Both the position numbers and the translations under genes were made by a program. Under the pieces are notes generated by a model, which was given only the letters and a program-made list of their open reading frames with translations, did not search any database and was not told the DNA's origin. Shown piece after piece: positions 54,471-64,000 of a DNA stretch of 64,000 nt (the first letter of the stretch is position 1; every line of letters starts with the position of its first letter). The DNA is from Eledone cirrhosa (Eukaryota): assembly GCA_964016885.1 (NCBI GenBank), contig OZ024764.1:9176001-9240000 (forward strand), read 5' to 3'.

Positions 54471-55024
54471 TCTATTCAAATGGATTTTTTAACTAACAGA
54501 CTAATTCTATGTAGTCAAATACGGCAAACTAATCTTCACATTCGTTTGTAAACAATGCCTGATTATATATATATATATATATATATATCTATATCTATAT
54601 ATCTATATCTATATCTATCTATCTATATATATATATATCTATATATCTATATCTATATCTATATATATATATTTATTTATATATGCCTTTCATCGTTACA
54701 GGGTGGATAAAATAAAGTACCAGTAATACACTGGTGCGATTTAGTCGACTTTCCCCTCCCCTTCAAAGGAAAAGAAATTGAAAATACAACTGGAGTCTTT
54801 TAAGAACATGTATTTATTTACTTTAACAGTTTCACAGTTCTTATAATAATTTTCAAAAGTAAAATTGAGCTGGAAGGTCTTGTTTCTGTTGTGGTTTGTC
54901 TCTCATCTCTTTTATCCGGGTGGGGCATCTTTTTAAAAACCACACTTATATATATATGTATATGTTAGGTATTTCCAAAGAAAAAGCCAAGGAAAAAAGA
55001 GTGCTCTATGTATAGAACAGAGCT

Positions 55025-55201
55025 ATTTAATTAGAAGTGAACAACACAAAATATAACTACTCCATTCCAAAGGTTTCTGGATGCCAGACAATATTAATAT
55101 ACGTCTGGATCGGTCGTCAGACGTATATTAATATTGTCTGGCATCCAGAAACCTTTGGAATGGAGTAGTTATATTTCGTGTTGTTTACTTTCTAATTAAA
55201 T
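55025..55201. repeat. Near-perfect fold-back palindrome with hammerhead-like core at the junction
   Basis: Minus: CTGACGA-ccgat-ccagac...gtctgg-catcca-GAAA-cctttgg; the right arm starts immediately after tcgtcag (55114-55120). Confidence 0.85.
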
Positions 55202-55213
55202 ATATATATATAT

Positions 55214-55262
<49 letters not shown>

Positions 55263-55273
55263 TATATATATAT

Positions 55274-55289
<16 letters not shown>

Positions 55290-55304
<15 letters not shown>

Positions 55305-55694
55305 AAGGTAAAAGGTAAACAGAAATAACAACACAGTGGGTACAGTATATATAGAAGGAATATATTAGGTTAATATATATATATATACACACACACACAT
55401 ATATATATATATAAAGGTAAAAGGTAAACAGAAATAACAACACAGTTGGTACAGTATATATAGAAGGAATATATTAGGTTAATATATATATATATATACA
55501 CACACACACATATATATATATATATAAAGGTAAAAGGTAAACAGAAATAACAACACAGTCGGTACAGTATATATAAGGTTAATATATATATATATATACA
55601 CACACATATATATATATATATATATAAAGGTAAAAGGTAAACAGAAATAACAACACAGTGGGTACAGTATATATAGTAGGAATATATTAGGTTA

Positions 55695-55743
<49 letters not shown>

Positions 55744-55926
55744 AAGGTAAAAGGTAAACAGAAATAACAACACAGTGGGTACAGTATATATAGAAGGAAT
55801 ATATTAGGTTAATATATATATATATATATACACACACATATATATATATATATATATAAAGGTAAAAGGTAAACAGAAATAACAACACAGTGGGTACAGT
55901 ATATATAGTAGGAATATATTAGGTTA

Positions 55927-55975
<49 letters not shown>

Positions 55976-56059
55976 AAGGTAAAAGGTAAACAGAAATAAC
56001 AACACAGTGGGTACAGTATATATAGAAGGAATATATTAGGTTAATATATATATATATAT

Positions 56060-56090
<31 letters not shown>

Positions 56091-56168
56091 AAGGTAAAAG
56101 GTAAACAGAAATAACAACACAGTGGGTACAGTATATATAGTAGGAATATATTAGGTTTATATATATAT

Positions 56169-56199
<31 letters not shown>

Positions 56200-56263
56200 A
56201 AGGTAAAAGGTAAACAGAAATAACAACACAGTACAGTATATATAGAAGGAATATATTAGGTTA

Positions 56264-56316
<53 letters not shown>

Positions 56317-56485
56317 AAGGTAAAAGGTAAACAGAAATAACAACACAGTACAGTATATATGGAGGGAATATATTAGGTTAATATATATATATATACACAC
56401 ACACATATATATATATAAAGGTAAAAGGTAAACAGAAATAACAACACAGTGGGTACAGTATATATAGAAGGAATATATTAGGTTA

Positions 56486-56536
<51 letters not shown>

Positions 56537-57500
56537 AAGGTAAAAGGTAAACAGAAATAACAACACAGTGGGTACAGTATATATAGTAGGAATATATTAG
56601 GTTAATATATATATATATATACACACACACACATATATATATATATATAAAGGTAAAAGGTAAACAGAAATAACAACACAGTGGGTACAGTATATATAGA
56701 AGGAATATATTAGGTTAATATATATATATATACACACACACATATATATATATATATATAAAGGTAAAAGGTAAACAGAAATAACAACACAGTGGGTACA
56801 GTATATATAGAAGGAATATATTAGGTTAATATATATATATATATACACACACACATATATATATATATATATAAAGGTAAAAGGTAAACAGAAATAACAA
56901 CACAGTGGGTACAGTATATATAGAAGGAATATATTAGGTTAATATATATATATATACACACACACACATATATATATATATATAAAGGTAAAAGGTAAAC
57001 AGAAATAACAACACAGTCGGTACAGTATATATAGAAGGAATATATTAGGTTAATATATATATATATACACACACACACATATATATATATATATAAAGGT
57101 AAAAGGTAAACAGAAATAACAACACAGTGGGTACAGTATATATAGAAGGAATATATTAGGTTAATATATATATATATACACACACACATATATATATATA
57201 TATATAAAGGTAAAAGGTAAACAGAAATAACAACACAGTGGGTACAGTATATATAGAAGGAATATATTAGGTTAATATATATATATATATATACACACAC
57301 ACATATATATATATATATAAAGGTAAAAGGTAAACAGAAATAACAACACAGTGGGTACAGTATATATAGAAGGAATATATTAGGTTAATATATATATATA
57401 TACACACACACATATATATATATAAAGGTAAAAGGTAAACAGAAATAACAACACAGTGGGTACAGTATATATAGAAGGAATATATTAGGTTAATATATAT
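55290..57500 (-). repeat. ~115-bp tandem array (~19 copies): 3' tail of the 15073/38464 hammerhead element plus (TA)(CA) tract
   Basis: Unit aaaggtaaaaggtaaacagaaataacaacacagtgggtacagtatatatagaaggaatatattaggttaa is the reverse complement of ~15132-15195. Confidence 0.9.
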
Positions 57501-57739
57501 TTAGTGTTGGAGACAATTTTCTCTCACAAATTTTATTAACAACGATGTACAAAGTAAATAAAGTTTAATAGGAAAAGAAAAGAAAAATTTAGATTGAGAT
57601 GACTGGAATGTAAAATAGGTAAATATAGAGAAAGGAGAGAATAAAAGAGAGAAAACGAGATGAGGAGGGGAATGACAAGGACTGTAGTGTCACAGAAGAC
57701 TGAGGGGAGGGTGGTTGAGTTCTGGGCCTAGGGCATTGG

Positions 57740-58765
57740 GGTGGAGAGGCTGTGACCCACGGACAATAGCCTGCGACACCTGCTGCAACAGCCACCCCAC
57801 CTCGCCGGGCCCCTTCCTCAGACGGGCCACCAATGTTCTGATCTTGCAGAGGTCGACAGTACGGGATCCAAATAAGTCTGAGGTCGACAGTACGGGATCC
57901 AAATAAGCTTGTCGACAGTATGGGGCCCAAATAAGCCTGAAGTCGACAGTATGGGGCCCAAATAAGCCTGAAGTCGACAGTATAGGGTCCAAATAAGCAT
58001 GAGGTCGACAGTACGGGGTCCAAATAAGCCTGAGGTCGACAGTACGGGATCCAAATAAGCTTGTCGACAGTATGGGGCCCAAATAAGCCTGAAGTCGACA
58101 GTATGGGGCCCAAATAAGCCTGAAGTCGACAGTATGGGGCCCAAATAAGCCTGAAGTCGACAGTACAGGGTCCAAATAAGCCTGAAGTCAACAGTACGGG
58201 GCCCAAATAAGCCTGAGGTCGACATTACGGGGTCCAAATAAGCCTGAGGTCGACAGTATGGGGTCCAAATAAGCCTGAAGTCGACAGTATGGGGTCCAAG
58301 TAAGCCTGAGGTTGACAGTATAGGGTCCAAGTAAGCTTGAGGTCGACAGTATAGGGTCCAAGTAAGCTTGAGGTCGACAGTATAGGGTCCAAGTAAGCTT
58401 GAGGTCGACAGTATAGGGTCCAAGTAAGCCTGAAGTCGACAGTACGGGGTCCAAGTAAGCCTGAGGTCTACAGTACGGGGTCCAAGTAAGCCTGAAGTCG
58501 ACAGTACGGGGCCCAAATAAGCCTGAAGTCGACAGTACAGGGCCCAAATAAGCCTGAAGTCGACATTACGGGGCCCAAATAAGCCTGAAGTCGACCGTAC
58601 AGGGCCCGAATAAGCCTGAAGTCGACAGTACGGGGCCCAAATAAGGCTGAGGTCGACTGTATGGGGTCCAAATAAGCCTGAGGTCTCAACGGCGATCGGT
58701 GTGAAATGGAAGCGGCCAGACAGTCCCCTGGTATTTGTTGATTTTCTGTTCTTGGGCGAGGTGCA
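57740..58765 (-). mobile_element. RLE-type (CRE-like) retrotransposon C-terminus with internal 31-bp tandem array (57850-58687, ~27 copies)
   Basis: Minus: AQEQKINKYQG/LSGRFHFTPIAVE[TSGLFGPHTVD]n...LVARLRKGPGEVGWLLQQVSQAIVRG. Confidence 0.8.
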
Positions 58766-58938
58766 TCGTGAACTGGGGGTTTAGGTTAGGGTTAGACCGA
58801 AGGGACTAAGCTGGAGGCGGAAACATGTGGCACAGAACCAATCTCTGGATCTCACTGAATTACTTGCTAATGGATTACATTGAGTTCTAGCTACAGTATA
58901 GCTCCTACCACGGAAGGTAGACCACATTGAATATATAT

Positions 58939-59150
58939 TTGGCTGAGTGGTTAGAGAATTGGATTCGCAATCGTGAGGTTGTGAGTTCGATTCAAGGACC
59001 AGGCGATGCGTTATGTCCTTGAGCAAGACACTTTATTTCACGTTGCTCCTTCTACCTGGAGTTGCGACCGATAGATAGTATTAGCAATTGGAAAGACCAA
59101 CGGAAACATTGTTCCCTCGGTCCGATTTGACGAACGTCGATCGTTCCTCA
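58939..59150 (+). mobile_element. Diverged tRNA-derived SINE (family B-related head)
   Basis: tggctgagtggttag, gagttcgattc, ccttgagcaagacact. Confidence 0.7.
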
Positions 59151-59169
59151 TATATATATATATATATAG

Positions 59170-59205
<36 letters not shown>

Positions 59206-59385
59206 CATTATATATATATATAACATATATATATACTTTGAATTTATTTTGCAAGATTTCTTAAACAGATGGGGTGAATCTTCATATATAAGTTATTCCG
59301 GGTTGAATCAGGGGTAACCACAGTAAGGAAGGTACTCAATACATAGCAGAGTATAAATGTTTTAATATAGAAGAGCTTCTACAGG

Positions 59386-59423
59386 ACTAGAACTGTTTCA
59401 TTCATGAGAAATCATCAGGAAGC
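59386..59423 (-). ncRNA. Degenerate hammerhead motif in an element with inverted partial copy at 59825-59887
   Basis: Minus: CTGATGA-tttc-tcat-gaat-GAAA-cag-TTC; stem I is weak. Relatives at ~36375-36485 and 38230-38340. Confidence 0.45.
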
Positions 59424-60022
59424 TGGTGGTATTTATATGCTTGTGTGTGTACATGTGTAAGTGGGCACGTGTGTGAATGTGCTTGTTGACACCTGGAATA
59501 TAAATTAAGAGAAACTTTACAATAAGGGGAAGCACCCCAACACTTAGAACCCTTTCTGCCATTGTCACCCTTATTTCAGCCTTAAAGAATTAGCTTCTAA
59601 AGAATGTCCCTTTTCTTTAAACCAATGAACCCCACCCATCCTGTAGACACCTGACTTACAGGAATTGTTAGTTTAAGAGATAAACAAGGATTGGTATTCA
59701 AATTTGAATTTGTCTTAGCTTTAAAGAATTAGCTTTTAATGAACTCCCTTTTCTTTAAATCCATCAACCAATGACCTCCACCCATCCCAACCCCCACCCT
59801 CCCCTACCACCAGAAAAGAAAAAATATAAATACCACCACACTTACTTCCTGATGATTTCTAGTCCCGAAGAAGCTCTTCTATATTAAAAAAAATATATAT
59901 ATATATACATATATATATACATACATATATTTACACACAGACACATGCATATATATATATATATATAGATATACTTACATACACATACAATATATATATA
60001 TATGTATATATATATACATATA

Positions 60023-60056
<34 letters not shown>

Positions 60057-61599
60057 CACATATATATACATATACACACATATATATATCTATACATATA
60101 TATACTGTATATGTATAGATATAATAGTGTATCTATACATATATATATCTACATAATAGTATAGCTATACATATATATATAACGCTTTTAACCATCTTTT
60201 GATTTTATATTATTTATACTCTAGTCCTATAAACTGTGGAGTGCTACTTATCCGATATTTGCATTGCTTTATTGTGCTACAATAAAACTCACCTCCTACA
60301 TATACATATATATATACACACACATTTATATATACATACACATACAACATATATTATAGAAAAAATTGAGGAAGTGTTCTTTACATTTATTTATTATGTA
60401 ACCTGTTACGTGTGTATATATATAATATATACATATACACACATATGTATATATATATATATACATATATATACATGTACACATCGTTTATGTGAGAAAG
60501 TTTCGAAATAATTTTTTCACCCATTTTAACGATTAAGTAAAGACAGAGTTATCGTTCTTGAGATTTCCTCCAAGAAAATTTCGAGGAACTGATGTCGCTA
60601 AAGCGTCAATAAATTGAGTTACCGTGTTGAATCATGGGATATCTAATGGGTCAGATTTATTCACTGGCTACTTCGTTGAACGTTGGGACTGGCTGTGCGG
60701 TAGTACGGACTGGCTTGCCAAGGGAAATAACTCGTCTAAATCACTTTTTATTATATATTTAGCTTTATTTCATTTTTTTAAATAACTTTCTTAATAATAA
60801 ATATTTTTAATTAAAATTTTGTAGAAATGTGTATTAAAATGTGCAGATTCCGATTCTGGAGAGGGAATTAGAATATACGTTAATAGGAAATTTTAACAAG
60901 ACGAGTATAAGTTTACTTTTAATCTTGCATTGTAGGGCTTTAAAATATTTGTACTTATTTAAACTTGTGCATGCATACATACATATATATCATCATCATG
61001 AAATGATATATATATATGTATGTATATAAGTATGTTTTGAAGCAGGGAGTTTGAAATTAAAGGGTTCTAAACCCCACTATCAGACTAATATATATATATA
61101 TATATATACATATCCCCCTTCGGATGTATGTATGTGTATCTGTATATCATGATTTATACACTGTTCACTTCCCTGACATTTGTACATTATTCTATCTACT
61201 ATACATGCACCTTTGATGAGTTATAATGCACCTGAGCACTGTACACAATTTTATTATTTACGAGTAGACTTGGCATTTCCGTTGTTGTAATTAGTATTTT
61301 TTTAATTCTCAGGATGTTATTTGACTGGTGTTTCTAGCATTTTACACACTTCGTGTTTGATTTGAGGGAGATCTTAGCTACTATTTCTACCAAGTTTTAC
61401 CGTAATGGGGTGTGTAATTTAAGGGTTGTTAGGCTGCTATTTCTTTTAATATTTTACTAGTTATTCTTTGAAGGAAATTTGTTATAAATTAAGAAAAGAA
61501 AGAAAAAATCTATTACATAAATAAAAGATGTTGCAGCATATATATTATCTCTTCTTCCTCTGGATTTGAGTTCAATTTTTCACAAGTGATAATTGAGAA

Positions 61600-62435
61600 T
61601 AGCTGTCGAGACACTGCATCCTTTAAAACCTCCATGGAACAAACTACCTGCATCAGTTGTTAGCTGTCGAGACACAGCATCCTTTAAAACCTCCATGGAA
61701 CAAACTACCTGCATCAGTTGTTAGCTGTCGAGACACTGCATCCTTTACAACCTCCATGGAACAAACTACCTGCATCAGTTGTTAGCTGTCTAGACACTGC
61801 ATTCTTTAAAACCTCCATGGAACAAACTACCTGCATCAGTTGTTAGCTGTCGAGACACAGCATCCTTTAAAACCTCCATGGAACAAACTACCTGCATCAG
61901 TTGTTAGCTGTCGAGACACTGCTTCCTTTAAAACCTCCATGGAACAAACTAACTGCATCAGTTGTTAGCTGTCGAGACACAGCATCCTTTAAAACCTCCA
62001 TGGAACAAACTACCTGCATCAGTTGTTAGCTGCCGAGACACTGCATCCTTTAAAACCTCCATGGAACAAACTACCTGCGTCAGTTGTTAGCTGTCGAGAC
62101 ACTGCATCCTTTAAAACCTCCATGGAACAAACTACCTGCGTCAGTTGTTAGCTGTCGAGACACTGCATCCTTTAAAACCTCCATGGAACAAACTACCTGC
62201 ATCAGTTGTTAGGTGTCGAGACACTGCATCCTTTAAAACCTCCATGCTTCCTGAAATTCGCCAACACTACACCTGATATCCCCCTCCATACACTCGTACA
62301 CATCTATTTCATGACTCATACACTGTTCACTTTCCTGACATTTGTACATTATTCTATGTACTATACATGCACCTTTGATGAGTTGTAGTGCACCTGAGCA
62401 CTGTACACAATAATTTCATTATTATTATTATTATT
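61600..62435 (+). mobile_element. CR1/L2-like LINE 3' end with 60-bp tandem array (61600-62245, ~10.7 copies), 3' UTR and (ATT)n tail
   Basis: Unit encodes WNKLPASVVSCRDTASFKTS, matching the WN.LP..VV......FK LINE ORF2 terminus; continues MLPEIRQHYT-stop. Tail copy at 61157-61260. Confidence 0.85.
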
Positions 62436-62588
62436 TTGTAGTTTAGCCTTCTATCTCTTTCCACGTTATATATTATATACAATGCTTCAAGCAAACTACA
62501 AGATTTTATTATACACACATACATATATATACAAGCAGGGAAAAGCAGATGTAAAATGATGACAATGATGATGATATATATATATATA

Positions 62589-62795
62589 TCATCATCATCA
62601 CCGTTTTACGTCCGTTCTTCCACGCTAGCATGGGTTAGACGGGTTGTCCTGTTGTGGGCAGTGTCCGCTTGCTCATACGGGAACTGATTCTGGCTTGATT
62701 TCTACAGCTGGATGCCCTTCCTAACACCAACCTCATTTACAGTGAGTGCTGGGTGCGTTTTCTCCGTGACACCTACACGACCACTTTGCAGTGAG
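62589..62795 (-). mobile_element. SINE B 3' half
   Basis: Matches 28225-28445. Confidence 0.8.
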
Positions 62796-62859
62796 AGGGT
62801 GTGGGGGCATATTGTCTATATGCTTCAGCTTCGGCTTGTACCTGTGGGAAGTCGGGTTT

Positions 62860-64000
62860 TGTGTATTACTGCGTGACGCCAGAGGACACGGTCGTGTGTC
62901 ATCGCCTTTGAGAGGTGTAATTGGGTAAGGTCGGCTTTTATCACCTCATCCCAGGTCTTCTTGGGTCTCCCCACCTTTTTCTGCTTCATATGCATCACAT
63001 GTCCATACAAACACAACCTCCTCTCCTGCACACATCATTTGATTCCTCTTATGCTCAGTCTCCCTCTCAATTCATTTATGCTTTGCCATTACACATCCAT
63101 CGGAGCATGCAGGCTTCGTTTCTTTCTAATCTAGTAAGTCTTCCACAGACAGCGCCCAGGTCTCACTACCGTGTAACATTGCTGTTCGTATACATGCATC
63201 ATACAGTCTGCCTTTCATTTTGAGGGAAAAGCCTTTTGCAGCCAGCAGTGGCAGTAGCTCCCTGAACTTCTTCCATCCCATTCTTACCCTAGTTATTGTA
63301 CTTTCTGAACACCCACCTCCACTGCTAATTCGGTCACCTAGGTAGCAGAAGCTGTCTACTGTTTCTACAGAGCCCTCCCAGAGATTGGTGGTACTTGTTT
63401 CCTGTGGCTGTTTGCTGCTTGCTGTCCCAGCACAGCTGCTGCATGTGAAGCCTACATTCTTAGTTAAGCTTCCTGAGATCCCGCTACATCTCTTGTGTAC
63501 CCATTGTTTGCATTAGGGGCAGAGAATGGAGTTCCTACCTACTGAGCAAGGCCATTTCCCTGAGGGGATCTGGGTTCTGTTTTCTCGTCTACTTACAAGG
63601 ACCTTAGTCTGTGTCAGGTTGACTTTAAGACCCTTTCTTTCTAGTTCCTGCTTCCAAGTTTGGAATTTCTTCTCTAGTTCTACCATAGATTCAGCTATGA
63701 GTGCGAGGTCATCAGCATACAGGAGTTCCCATGGGCATCCGGTCTTAAATTCCTCCGTTATTGCCTGCAGGACTATGATGAACAGGAGAAGGCTAAGAAC
63801 AGAGCCCTGGTGGACACCGACCTGTATGCTAAATTCCTCGCTATACTCATTGCTAATCCAAATTTTGCTGACTGCTCCCCTATACATGGCTTGTACCGCT
63901 TTCACAAGCCATTCATCTACTCCAAGTTTTCTAAGAGCCCACGAGCCCACCAGATTATAGCACGGGGAACTCTGTCAAAGGCTTTCTCGATATCGACGAA
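62860..64000 (-). mobile_element. RTE-clade LINE RT remnant, same family as 43170-44385, running off the window
   Basis: WALRKLGVDEWLV, GVHQGSVLS, LLYADD, RRLCLYGHV, GRPKKTW. Confidence 0.95.

Noticed and set aside
54795-54850. Additional hammerhead on the minus strand
   Set aside because: Core too degenerate (TTGAAAA instead of CTGANGA) to support.
57850-58687. Vector polylinker contamination (SalI/ApaI/BamHI/HindIII sites)
   Set aside because: Sites arise from the diverged 31-bp unit, which is continuous with an RLE retrotransposon frame.
58778-58797. Telomeric repeat
   Set aside because: Only about two TTAGG(G) units; the 27.3-28.0 kb CTAAC tract is likewise a mixed pentamer repeat.

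Overview
Eukaryotic, extremely AT- and microsatellite-rich DNA. The SINE families and repeat landscape suggest an octopus/cephalopod genome (inference). Only one credible intact gene is present: an uninterrupted ~873-aa ORF of unknown family on the minus strand (30951-33572). Most other ORFs in the track are artefacts of (TA)n/(CA)n or tandem repeats. The rest is decayed mobile DNA: two tRNA-derived SINE families, RTE, CR1/L2-like and RLE(CRE)-like LINE remnants, hAT-like MITEs and a Helitron fragment. Two patterns stand out. (1) There are about 8-10 type-I hammerhead-ribozyme motifs from several short element families, resembling Penelope pLTRs or retrozymes, and many sit in fold-back palindromes whose axis lies at or near the CTGANGA catalytic core. 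(2) Most of the complex minisatellites are local amplifications of a 17-110-bp piece of a retroelement, with the parent sequence continuing on both sides. A ~3.4-kb mirror-image duplication is centred near 52364. Coordinates were counted by eye and may be off by a few bases.
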